DNA from: Polymyxa betae A26-41
Lineage: Eukaryota; Protista; Endomyxa: Phytomyxea
DNA length: 64,000 nt
Reading direction: 5' to 3'
Assembly (NCBI GenBank): GCA_003693705.1
Contig: RBZT01000499.1
Location: 1 to 64,000, forward strand
Below the pieces are notes generated by a model. That model was not told the DNA's origin. It did no database searches and was given only the letters and a program-made list of their open reading frames with translations. Positions 1 to 11,389 of the stretch are shown one piece after another. Both the position numbers and the translations under genes were made by a program. Numbering within the stretch: the stretch's first letter is position 1; each line of letters begins with the position of its first letter.

Positions 1-114
1 TGCTTCTAAGAACCGGTCAAATGAACGTCGTAGAGTACTCAGCGCCTGTCATTTCAATTTGGCCTTTATTTGAGAAACCCCACACAGGATGCTCTGATTG
101 GCGCAACTTTAGTA

Positions 115-649
115 CCGAGTTATCCCTCGATATAGTGACACCTTCAAATAGTGACATCCTCGATATAGTGACATCCAACCCTCCGACAATTAAATTTCCC
201 ATACTAATAGTGACACCCCCTGTCACTACCTCACTTTAGTGACAGGAACAGTATTCTCCAGTGATATGTCACGATTTGGAGGGACTGTAAAGCAGCTCTA
301 GGGGTCGTTTATTAGTCATTATATCTAAGCGTAACGTTTTAATTCTTGCTCAATACGTTCTATATGCATGTTAGCAATAGCAATGCCCGTCGATCGGAGA
401 TGGTCAGCGCAGGTTTGTAACGATTCTTTGGTCTTTGGCGCTCCCTTACCATGTCCCTCGCAATTGTAGCGAAGATAAATTGGATCCATTTCTTCCCACG
501 TTAACAAAGCTATTCTCAATTATGGGACCCAATATTAAAAAATGTTAAGGTTAGGGTTTTAGGGTTTATTTTAGATTGTGACACCCTCGGAATAGTGACA
601 CCAAACCCTCGAACAACTAGGTGTGTCACTATATCGAGGGATAACTCTG
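115..649. mobile_element. Non-autonomous Tc1/mariner-superfamily (pogo/Tigger-like) MITE, 535 bp
   Basis: 27-bp TIRs C[C/A]GAGTTATCCCTCGATATAGTGACAC (115-141; reverse complement 623-649, 1 mismatch), flanked by TA at 113-114 and 650-651. Several subterminal ATAGTGACA copies lie near both ends. Confidence 0.88.
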
Positions 650-1198
650 TACAGCGGCGCCGAGTACGGCCAACGTCCTGCCGAGCCTGCAGGACATGTT
701 GGCGGAGATGCAGCAGCTGGCAGCGGGTCGGTCCGACCAGGACGACGACGATAACTGGCCGATCAATGACTTGCGTTTCTGTGAAGAGGTGCCACTGCAG
801 CTCGTCTGCGCCCGATAAGTGTTTAGATGCAGAAGGATCCTGGGATCACGAGAGAATTTGCTATTTTTGTTGACAGCTATCTTCACCATACTCACTTTAA
901 TCAGACTCTTTAAAAAAATTGCCTCTTTAATGAAGACATTTCGCCTTTACTAAGTAAAGAAATTGCAAAATTGATTATGAATTCTCCTGAATATAACACC
1001 CTTGATCCAGATCTCCCTCTCATGCATTGTTGCGATTCATATCTTGCCGATAATGAAAAATGATCAAAAGGGGTATAGACATGATGACATAATTCTAGAA
1101 CTTGACAGAAGTCATTCTGGAATACCCAGTCTTAATCAGGTCTTTTCAGGTATGTCATCATAATTGCTCAAAGTGAACTTCGACAAGCAACTTTGATA

Positions 1199-2017
1199 AT
1201 GTCGTCATCAGGAAGCCAGAGTCGTACGTCAGCAATATGTGTCCCTGATGCCAATACACTCATAGATTCACGAGGCAAACTTCATATTGTATATCAGATT
1301 GAAATAAGATCCGGGTCTTATCAAAGAACCATATCCAAGAAGTATAGCGAATTTCGGCTATTTGACAAGATCTGGCGTTTAATGTAAGTGATGTGCTATT
1401 GTCATATTTCTTAGTGCTGAGTATTATGCAGGTATTCAAGTATCGATGTAAAACTTCCACCCAAGATATGGATTGGAAATAAGTCAGATAAGGTTGTGGC
1501 TGATCGTAAGACTGGACTCACTAAATACCTTAATGCATTGATCGTCCTGGATACACTATCGGCATCATTAAGCAAGTTTCTATCAGTACCTATAGAGATA
1601 ATAGACAGAATGAGAGATGAGTTCAAAACATTAGGTCCATGCTGTGACAAATATGGTGCTGGATGTGATTGCATTGATATATTGGAAAATGTATCAAATT
1701 CCAGTGCACAAAGTAAAGAGAATTCATTGAAGCTGATGAATACGCCCAACCGAAGCTCATCTGTACCTGTATCCAGTACCCAGACTCCAAGTATATCAAC
1801 AAATCATCCATCATCACAAGCACCTGTTGATGCAACTGATAGAAACACACCTCAGTTACGATGTATACGTCGGTTTGAAGCTCGAACTCCAGGTCAATTA
1901 TCCCTATTTGTTGGTGAAGTAGTTCAAGAATTAAAGACTGCTAATGGCTGGTATTATGGTAGAAATGCTCAAGGTCAAGAAGGATATTTCCCCAGTGATC
2001 ATGTGCAGAAATATTAA
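1199..2017 (+). CDS. PX + SH3 domain protein (2 exons; intron 1384-1431)
   Basis: PX motifs IVYQIEI..RTISKKYSEFRLFD and, after splicing, VKLPPKIWIG..ADRKTGLTKYL. C-terminal SH3 FEARTPGQLSL..GWYYG..QEGYFPSDHV. Confidence 0.85.
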
Positions 2018-2107
2018 TTTCATCACATTGACACAGTACGTACAGCATTATCTGCAACATTTACTTCATATTCACAATCAAATACTACAAATCATAAATT
2101 ATTTGCT

Positions 2108-2593
2108 CTATTTCATTGATGGCCGTAAACGATCAATTGGTCCATGCTTGGCAACCTGCCATCCAATGGATTGATTTGTAGTTAACGGTGTCGAATATTT
2201 CTTCCATGGAGGGAGACCAGGTCGAGCTACAGACCATCCTAATTCATGCTTCATATGTGGGCGAAGCTCATCACCTGTCTGCTTATCAAGATGCATTGCT
2301 GGTTCACGAGGTAATTGCTTCTCAATATGTTGATTGATTAGAAAGTCATGTAGAGGACCACGACGTGCTCTATTTAACATAGATTCTTTAGCAGTGCTAT
2401 TGATATCTAATTATCAGTTCAATAAGATGTCATATAACATCAATTAATAACCAAGACCTGAATCTGTTGCCAAGAACCCATAGAACTCATACCAATCGTC
2501 AGTAGCCTGTTGTTCAGTTTCTATTCGCTGTCTCCAATTCTGATCCTCATGGACGCGATTGAGATTCTCCTCTTTACCTGTATTTGCAGCCAT
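2108..2593 (-). CDS. Small ciliary microtubule-inner-protein-like (CIMIP1/C20orf85-FAM183-like), 2 exons
   Basis: Exon 1 MAANTGKEENLNRVHEDQNWRQRIETEQQATDDWYEFYGFL resembles the QDxxW..E...W...WGFL pattern. Exon 2 has KKYSTPLTTNQSIGW. Family assignment is from memory. Confidence 0.5.
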
Positions 2594-2709
2594 TACGTGC
2601 AAGATGTCGAATGGTACACAACCGATCTCGACTGAATCTAATCATAGAATCTTTCAGATCGAATGCTTCATATTGGCAAGTTACAGTGAGTATAATGTTT
2701 ATCAAGACA

Positions 2710-3823
2710 CTACATTGATTTAACAGTGTTCCTATCAAGTTTAGAAGGAGACCAACGAGATTTCACCAGCAAGCTTGTAGCAATCACAAAAACGAGCGAA
2801 ATTCCGGCATATCTTAGAGTACGAAGACGTTTCTTATGAGTCAGTTCCTGCAGGCGATTTCGACGTTGAATTGCACTCTTCCGGGTGGGAAACGTTATAG
2901 ATGTGCTGTATAGATGATGTTCTTTGATATCTATTCGACTAACTGAATGAGATCTCATTGGAACTCGAACTTCATCAGCGTCAGAATAACAAATCTGATG
3001 GAGAACCTTCTGAAATATATATCGAATAAATAGTTGCTTATCAGGTTCATTTGGACAGGGGTCGTAAAATCCATCCTAAGCACAGTTAGGTAGAAAATTG
3101 CTTGAATACCAATTTCAATACAAGGAACATTTTAGTCTTGGAATGGTCAACAAGTTCGGACGAATGTACCATACATTGAACTGGAACAGTGACATCAATA
3201 CAGCCGCCTGGCAGCCTATCTAATGCACCACGATGCTTCAGGTCACCGTATAAAGCTTTTACAATGATCAATCCATCACGCTGGCATTCAGTAGAGCGTC
3301 TTGAGTTAACAGTTTCTGTCATATTAGTAACTATTGTAATAGCTCGCAAACGAAGCTGAGAAATGACTTCGTGGATCTCGCATTCAGAGACATATCTCTT
3401 CTGATGTTGAATATCATAGAGCAAACGATGATAGCGATCCCTTAGAACCTAAACGAATAAAGATCTTAAAGTTGAGAGCAACAGATAATGAGTCGTTACC
3501 TGACCAGCAGTAGTGATTCGATAGAATTTCTCTTTATCATAACATGAGGCTGACGCTCGGTCTGGATGGTATCGCTTAACAAGACGTCGATATGCACTCT
3601 GTACTTCAGCAGTGCTGGCATTAACATCAAGCCCTAGATTAATTAGAACTCAAACCTTGAAAAAATTCAAAGAGAATCAACCTAGGATTGCATAAGCATC
3701 TTGATCCTGACCGCCTTTCTGGAGCAGTAGGCTATCATCATCTTCCTCGGAAGTCTCATAATCAGGTTCAGGCAATGCAGGTAGTGAAATATGTCCTAAA
3801 CGGTCATCATTAACAACGACCAT
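2710..3823 (-). CDS. DnaJ protein, DNAJC11-like (J domain + DUF3395-like C-terminus + terminal TM), multi-exon
   Basis: DAYAILG|LDVNASTAEVQSAYRRLVKRYHPD J domain; GLIIVKALYG..IDVTVPVQCMV..GFYDPCP typical of the DNAJC11 C-terminus; hydrophobic tail YAGISLVFVIATSLLV. Confidence 0.8.
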
Positions 3824-3925
3824 GTCGTTGATGAGATAGGAGAAGATATAGTTGATAAAGCTGTTATAAACACGGAGGTCGCAATATCAATACAGGAAGA
3901 TATGTTACAAATTGGAAGTGAGTAA

Positions 3926-4051
3926 TAGAGAGAGTGATCTCATAGATCTGATATACACAGACCAATCACTATCCATATATCGTTCTCTAGAGAGAGTGAT
4001 CTCATAGATCTGATATACACAGACCAATCACTATCCAGATATCATTCTCTA
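3926..4051. repeat. 62-bp tandem duplication (2 copies, 2 mismatches) in a divergent intergenic region
   Basis: TAGAGAGAGTGATCTCATAGATCTGATATACACAGACCAATCACTATCCA.. starts at 3926 and again at 3988. Confidence 0.92.
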
Positions 4052-4114
4052 TTCATATTGCTACAATTTCCTATTCACACATCTTATATCATATTCAGAC
4101 GCATCTTGCTGATA

Positions 4115-5506
4115 ATGCCTTCTTCCATGTCATCTGGCAATCTATCGCCATCCGCCATTACTACCCAGGGTCCATTCTGCATCCGAATCAAAAAGCTGGA
4201 GTTGCCTCGCCTGCAGAGTACCCGCTTGACAACGAATGATTCACAGCAGCCTTCGATTTTACTTCTGAATGAGGGATTTGGTTCAGTGTTTGTTGGTGAA
4301 AAGTTTCGAGCTCTTGTTCATGTATCTGCTACTGAAACTGTGGGCGATGTTGCTGTATCATTGTTTATGAGAACTTCCATGCCCGATACATCGCTATTCA
4401 AATCTGACATCATTGCACAAATGTCTGATGGCGATTGGCGAGAATTCGCTATTGAATGTGACATTGCAAGTCCTGGCTTACATCAGTAAGTTAGTTATCA
4501 ATCTATTATTTGCCCTGCTTTATTGCTTTCAGAATAGTATGCAATATTGATTATACAGAAATAGATTCTACTTCACAATCTGTATTTTCCCGTATGTTCA
4601 AATTTCAAGCCCTTCCACCGTTCACAACATCGCGTTGGATTTCCAACATTCTGGTATCTTTGTATTTTTTTATCATTATTGATACATAACCACTATGCAG
4701 ACCAAGTATTTCTTCAGTTTCGAAATTACGAACCTAATTCCAGCTAGTGTTGTTATTAGGTCAATTCAGTTTTTATTGAATCCATCATCTATTGCACCCA
4801 TGTCTACTAACTTTACAGTCGATGATCAATTTGATAAGTATTTAGTTTCGAATTGTGTATGGTCAACATTTAGAGTTGTTCTTAGAGAAGTCATATTGAA
4901 CGAATCTGAAAGTTTTTGTACTACTTCAATTGTTACGTGGAATCGCTCCTCTGATACCGAAATCCCGCCTTGTTCATTGGCAGGCCGGTTTGAGATACAT
5001 TGGAGTCAATTAGTCAGCGGTTTGTTCAGCTTTAAAGAATTTGCCTATTATGCTGTGCTGAACGTTGGTCTAGGTGAATCTGGACTGTTCAAGTCAGCAA
5101 TGATTAATTTCGTCTCCCCCGACGATTTAAAAATATCAGTAGTCAAAGCGCCGTCCTCAGCTCAATTAGAGGTTGTGTTTACTGTTCAATTACTGATTAT
5201 TAACGCGAATCAAATCGACCGCAACGACATCCGCATCGAATTTGTTAGAGACAGATTATCGTTCTTAAGACCATCAGGACCTGTTTCTCAGGTGATTATT
5301 ATTACAACTGTGATAACTTTCAGACTAACTATTGCGGCTCAAAGAACATTGGAAAACTTCCCCAAGGATCCAGCCTCAGATATTCCATTGATATTGTAGG
5401 ATTAGCGACAGGAGTTCATGCGCTAAATGGAATCCGATTATCTTGCCCATCCACTGGTCGGGTATATGATTTTGATCAACTTTGTCAGATAGAAATTTTT
5501 CGCTAG
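4115..5506 (+). CDS. TRAPPC13: Trafficking protein particle complex subunit 13, multi-exon
   Basis: LLLNEGFGSVFVGEKFRALV (cf. LxLPxxFGxIYLGETF), PGLHQ|IVCNIDY..RMFKFQ, GRFEIHW..GESGLF. Last exon ends GVHALNGIRL..YDFDQLCQIEIFR*. Confidence 0.8.
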
Positions 5507-5921
5507 TAAAGAAATATTCTATATGTGCCTTTAACAAAGAGAGAAAATGGGATCGGAAAAGTGACGATATCATGGTCCCAATAAAAACGGTTGGTAATAT
5601 GATAGCTGCGTTCCTATCCAGGTCGGGCAAAGTCCTGTTTTTTTCTAGATGTGATAACTAAAGCTTTACCTTTAATAAGAGGTAGCCTTATGGAAGAAGT
5701 CGAGTACCGGTAGTTGAATTTTCCGATGTAAGAAACGAAGACTAAAAGCGAACTAAGGGGACGAGAACGACGCCCCCAGAGCGGGGTGCGAAAAAGTGAT
5801 ATCGGGAACATAAACAAATTCCGTGCGCATTCCGTAAATTTTTCAACGTCAGTTTCAGTCACAGAATCATAAAGTGGGTGTAACATTGTCTATCCGTTTA
5901 TAAACTGGAATCTGGATCTGA

Positions 5922-8900
5922 GAGCTGCATCACCGGATCGGAGCGTTACTGCCTGCTGGAGATAACGACCGTCCTCTGTTCGCGCAGATGTAGATTTACT
6001 ACGCCGAACAGCAGGATTCGATCCGGGGCCAAATGTATTGACCCAATTGTCGATGCAGGAAGCGCGGCGCCCTGCACGTTCCGACCATGTCCGCGATCGC
6101 CTGGACATATGCCATTCAGATCGGGACCGTTATGGCACGCAACAACCCGTTCGCAAGGTCGTTTTACCATGCCGGGCAACTTCTCCAGCAGGCCGTCGCT
6201 CGCGGTGAGCCAGTCCCCGATGCTCGGTTCGTTCGTGGCATATTCAACTTGCCGACCGCTCAGGAGATCGCCGTGATTCTGCCGGGTGCTGGCGACGCCC
6301 ATGAACCCACTGAGCAAAACATCCGTGTCCGTGTCCGATCAGCGGGACTGCGACGCATCTCCCACCTGCACCAAACGTAAACTCCGTTGCAGTTCCCGTT
6401 CTGATGTTCCCCTGTGGTGACTTCGGAGACTATTTGGGAATTCCGCGCGCTTGTTGTGGTTTGGGCGGCCGGTTGACGCCGAGAGTTTGCTCCAGAGAAC
6501 CGAGAACGAGGCGATTATGACGCCGCGATTGATTCCGCCGACAGCCCTGATGACGCTGTTGACGAGGTTGCTGATCGTGATGACAATCGACGTGGCCCAC
6601 GTCAGAACGTTACTCCATTGCAGTATTTCAGGTTGTTAAATTTTGATTCGCATTTTAGGGTTTTCTGACCATGTGTGTGTGTGTTTTAGGTACTGTCTGA
6701 TGGTCCGTCCTGACAATTACATTCTGCAGTTCGGCCGGTTATTTGACCAAAGGCTGCTGGATGCTTATTTTACGATGGAGACCTGCCGATTCAACTTTCA
6801 CCGCCAGAACCAGTCCGTTCTCCGCTAGGGTTCCGATCGGTACCGGTAGTACCGGCTACCGAAGCACATAAAGACTGAAAGTCTCAGAACAAAACCCAAA
6901 TTTCATTATAACACTTCATCTGTCATTTCAATACTTTAAATCTCATTCCCCAAATATCAGTGCACTTGAAATTTCTTCTTTGAGTCGATGACTGTGAAGA
7001 CCAATAAAATCACGACCGCAGTTCATAATCATTTTCACTGAGACCGATGAATCTGGGTTAGAGAGTATCTTTCCCAACTTCATTAAAACCCGATTGGATC
7101 GACCTGAGTGCCGTCGCAAGGAAGGCTGAGATATTTATCAAATTTGTCCATGTCCTCACCGTTTGAGAAGCAAAGAGGATGGTCCCCTCTGTCTCTGTTG
7201 CTTATCTGATCATAAACAGTCCCCTTGGGTTTATCGGGTGTTGAACAATTTCCATTTGAACTGATTTCAGCATTTTTGGGGTCAATCTCGGTTCCAGATG
7301 CTGAATCAGGTGATGATACGTTTGACACAAGGCTACTGCCGGAGCTTTCACTTAACACTATGGGCTCGTAATCATTCACGACAGGATCGAAAACTCCAAT
7401 CCTTAGATTGGCGCGAAGGAAAGGTGCATTTACGGGGCACAGTGGAGCGTTAGCCGTTCGCTTCCGTGAATGAAGCAAGATTTCAAGAAGGGTTTCAAAG
7501 TCCGACACGCAGATTTTCCAGCACTCACTATTCCTAGGCGGGTAGTGTCGGTAGTCGGGTCGGGTACCACCCATCTACCGGTATCCGACCGGGAGACTAC
7601 CGGAGCGCCGGTCGTCGGGTACTACCGGTATCGATCGGAACCCTATTCTCCGCACCCACACGTATCAAGGCGTTTACGACCAGATCCGTGCTGGCGAAGG
7701 CAACCTCGAAGATGTCATGCAGCGCATCATCCTGCCTTCAACTTTCATTGGTTCGCCGTGGGATCAGTTCCAACAGTACCAGGATGCGATGGCGATCGTG
7801 ATCGAGTACTTACGGGAAACTGGATTTGCTTGTCACCTACACCTGCAATCCCGGCTGGGAGGAGATTCGGCGAGAGCTGTTACCCGGACAAGAGGCGCGT
7901 GATCGTCCCGACCTCTTCTGTCGAGTGTTCGATCAGCGTCGAGTGGCGTTCCTGCATTTGACCAAGAAGCGAATCCTTGGCCGTGTCGTGGCCTTCGTCG
8001 CCGTGGTCGAGTTCCAGAAGCGTGGTCTGCCGCACATGCACGCGATTCTATGGCTTCAAAACGAGGACAAGTTCCGCACGCTCCAGGACGTCGACGCGAT
8101 ATTTTCTGCGGAACTGCCCGACCCCGATCGCGACCCGGACCTGAACGCGACTGTCTTACGGACCATGTTGCACCGATATTCCAGCCGATACCAACCGGAG
8201 CCCGATGCCCCCTGCAGGTACGGCTACCCGAAGCCGTTGGTGGACGAGACTCTCGCAGTCCAAGGCACCTTTCCCAGGTATCGTCGACGCGATCTCGGCC
8301 GCACTGTCGTTGATCGGAATGGTGGTGTGCTCACCAATCGGCATGTGGTTCCGTACAATCCCTATATCTCCAGGGTTGAGGACACCAATGTCAATGTCGA
8401 ATGCTGCTTCTCCATCGGCTCCGTCAAGTACCTGTTTAAGTAAGTCCACAAGGGCCACGATCGCGCAACGTTCGCCCTTGACGTGGGCGGCCCTTTCGAC
8501 GTTCCAGATCGCGCCGGCCATCGGGTTCGTGGAACTGCTGCTGTAATCGGCGATGCGCCTGCTGTTGCGGTCTTGCGGACGACGGCCAAGAATCGGCCCC
8601 TTCTGTTGTGAATGAGATCGACGATTTCGTTGACGGTCGCTATGTGTCCTCGAGGGAGTCAGCGTATCGCCTGTCTGGCTTTCGTCTCCGATGGCGCTCA
8701 CCCAACGTCCTGCGGCTGCCGGTGCAACTCGACGGGCAGCAACGCGTGTTGTTCGATCCTGCAGATCCCCGTTCCGTGGAGCGCATCGTTCAAGGTGCTC
8801 CGCCGGAAACCAAGCGGACGGCGTTCTTCCGGCTCTGCGACGGTACCCCGCAAGCTCGCGTGTTCTTCTACCACGAGGTGCCGCGGATTATTCGTTCAGG

Positions 8901-9902
8901 GACGGCCTTTGGGTTCGCAGAATTCCGACAGCGGGCGCAGCCTTCTATTTCACGTTTGGCGTTCGTCGACCCGCGCAATTCGGAGTTGTTCCATTTGCGT
9001 CTACTGCTGCTGTCCTTGCCCGCGCCGCATTCGTACTATCAATTGCGCACCTTCCGCGACGTGCTACATCCGACCTTTAGGGAAGCGTGTCTGGCGCGCG
9101 ATCTGCTCCACTGCGACCGCGAGTGGGGAGCGTTGCCTATCGGAGGCTGCCACGTTCCAGATGCCGACCCAGATTCGCCGACTGTTCGCCCGCCTCTTGG
9201 TGTACTGCAACCCGGTACGGCCTGATGTCCTCTTCAACACGTTCCTCACTAAGATCTCCGAGGACATCAGCCGCCGCCGACAACGTCGCTTGCTGTTGGT
9301 ACCTCCTGCTGCACCAATTCCGGACCGGACCGACCAGTACTACGTCCTGGTGATCCTCGACCGCATTCTCGTGTTGCTGGGGTCTTCCCTGAACGCGTTC
9401 CCATCCCTGCCAATACGATCGTTCCAAGATCAAGACCACGGCGACGTGGTGGTTCCTGACCACGCCGACGAGTTGATCGAACAGCTGCTGGCTTCGCAGG
9501 ACGTTGCTGCTGATCCGTTAGCCTGTATTGACCGACACGAACGCAACTTCGATCCAGATCTTGAACGCCGATCAACGACATGCTTACGACGCGATCCTGG
9601 CCGCCATTAACGACGCAGACCTCGCTCCCGCCAGCGTCACGGACTCGCACCTCTACTTCCTCCTCGGTCCGGCCGGCACCGGCAAGACGTTCACCATCAA
9701 CACGATTATCGGCGCGATTCGCTCCAGCGGACGCATTGCGATCGTGAGTTCGTCGTCCGGCATCCCGGCGCTGCTGCTGCATGGCGGTCGTACGGCACAT
9801 TCCACATTCATGATCCTAGTCAGCAACCTGCACGGCGATTGTGTCTATGCGCTGCCCCTCGACTACGACATAGCGGCCCAGATTCGCGACTCGCATCGAT
9901 AA
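5922..9902 (+). pseudogene. Decayed Helitron Rep/helicase (RepHel) gene, truncated at both ends and interrupted by a hAT element
   Basis: ELHHRIGALLP..PLFAQM*IY, NNPFARSF, RIILPSTFIGSP..YQDAMAIV, TCNPGWEEI..DRPD, HUH motif VEFQKRGLPHMH, KYLFK*VHKG, DGRYVSSRESAYR, PIF1 Walker A GPAGTGKT and [14 protein letters not shown]. Several frameshifts and stops; intron 6632-6689. Confidence 0.93.
6826..7645 (-). mobile_element. Internally deleted non-autonomous hAT transposon (820 bp) nested in the Helitron
   Basis: 28-bp TIR TAGGGTTCCGATCG[G/A]TACCGGTAGTACC; perfect 8-bp TSD TTCTCCGC (6818-6825 and 7646-7653). The minus strand keeps a degenerate hAT C-terminal dimerisation domain (DKYLSLP..DPIGF / ILSNPDSSVSVKMIMNCGRDFIGLHSHRLKEE). 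Confidence 0.95.
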
Positions 9903-10187
9903 TATGCCAGTTCGCATCCGAATCGGCAAGAACATTAGTGTGGAGCAGCCCCTCTTGTTTTGGCAAAGAGCGACCTGCTTAACTTAACCATCATACATCT
10001 TCGGGACTTGGAGTGGCTCTATAACATCGACCTGGGTGAGCAGAATGTAAATTGATTTTTTTCAAGCAAAATATTGATATCATGCAGGCCCTCCGCCGAT
10101 TGCAGGTCGCCGGGCGGCAATTCAATTAACGTTATTTCATCTCATAATCCCAAAGTTTCATTCGTCTTTGAGAAAGTATTAAACTAT

Positions 10188-10810
10188 TTACTTTGCGTTT
10201 GTTCAGAATATAATATATGCCCCTTTTGCTGCAAATTGGATGTCAGCTAGAGGCTCCATCACTATCAGATCGTCGTTGCACATAGTATGGTGTCCTCCAA
10301 TTACCTTTTGCTACCATTCTTTTAAATATGGTCACATCTTAGGTTTATTGTCATTTTTATTTATTCATCATTGGAACTGGGCGATTTCTATGCCATAACA
10401 GTGGTCTTGTTCTTCATTTTTGCCATCTGTACCGAATTCTCGCTGCTCTCAGAAATGGTATATACAGTTCGTTTCGTGTCGATAATGTCGATGAAGTTAT
10501 AGACATCTGTCATAATAATGATTAAATTGTCGATGTGAGCACGCACGAAATACTGGTTGAGTTGCCAGAAATTAGGAAAGTTTCAAACGACTTTATTGTG
10601 ATTCACGGTGACAATGTATTCATTGGAACATACTCGTTGAATTTTTTGTGAGAAATACTTGAAACCACATTTAAAGGCATTGACTGTGGTGTCTGTTATA
10701 ATAGGAGTATGTTGTAATAATGTCGTGTGCTCTGTCTGCTACAACGGAATCTGTATTGATTGTTTCTCCAAAGTAGGTAAAATGACCATTCTGTAGTAGG
10801 GAGGTTGTGA
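10188..10810 (+). pseudogene. Two decayed intronless Cys-rich (RING-like) gene remnants
   Basis: LLCVCSEYNICPFCCKLDVS* (10188-10250), and a stop/frameshift-broken frame ending DCGVCY../NVVCSVCYNGICIDCFSKVGK/*PFCS (10679-10800). Confidence 0.45.
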
Positions 10811-10904
10811 GAATTTGGAATTAATTAGTGGTGTGTGAGTTAGAGATTAGTAATGTTAGTCATATTACTCAGTGTAGTAAAAATTTACTAATTTAATGAA
10901 TTAG

Positions 10905-11389
10905 CGGACGGTTCCTGAAAAACATGTTCAATGCTATTTTCGAGAAATTCGGTGCCAAGGTCATCGCCGATTCCGCATTCCCTCAAGGCGGGTACGCCAG
11001 CATTGCTCGAGTATCGAAGGCGAACGAACGTGGTCCTGAATGCAAGGGAGTTAGGCTACGAGCAACAGCTGACCAGCGCCAAGCAGCCGGCTGAATGGGG
11101 CATGCGTGCCTTGCAAGGGGGGATTCCCTCGCCTGAAAGCTCGTTTTCCGTACGAGGAACGAGGTCACCGACGTCTCGTAATGCGCATGATTTCGCGCAT
11201 GGTTGGGATCAATCAGATCCGCAACGTGTACATGCACGAATTGGAGCTTGAGGCGGAAGGTCTATTCAACGTTCCGCAGTGTAGTGAGGCTGTCGCCTGT
11301 TCGTGATTAATAAACTGCCGATCCAGTTTTTTATTTCCCGAAACAACACTTTATTGAGAATTTAGGAATTGTCTGTCTAAAAAGGACCC
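10905..11389 (+). mobile_element. 5'-truncated PIF/Harbinger-type (DDE_Tnp_4) transposase remnant with right TIR
   Basis: KVIADSAFP, LTSAKQPAEWGMRALQG, FPRLK..RMVGINQIRNVY across frameshifts. It ends ..TCTAAAAAGGACCC (reverse complement GGGTCCTTTTTAGA, PIF-like TIR) followed by TTA at 11390-11392. Confidence 0.78.

Noticed and set aside
130-245. Short ATAGTGACA repeats suggestive of a CRISPR-like array
   Set aside because: The units are ~9-14 bp, irregularly spaced, in both orientations and inside TIRs. They are transposon subterminal repeats, and there are no cas genes.
545-567. Possible true telomere or chromosome end
   Set aside because: Only 2-3 degenerate units, internal to a MITE.
7083-7574. 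163-aa minus-strand ORF as an independent gene
   Set aside because: It lies wholly within the hAT, starts in the subterminal repeats, and only its end resembles hAT transposase.
5890-9800. Many long alternative-frame and antisense ORFs (e.g. 5946-6317, 8156-8701, 8691-9080, 9267-9800)
   Set aside because: Expected shadows of GC-rich Helitron coding sequence; the conserved motifs are all in the plus-strand RepHel frames.
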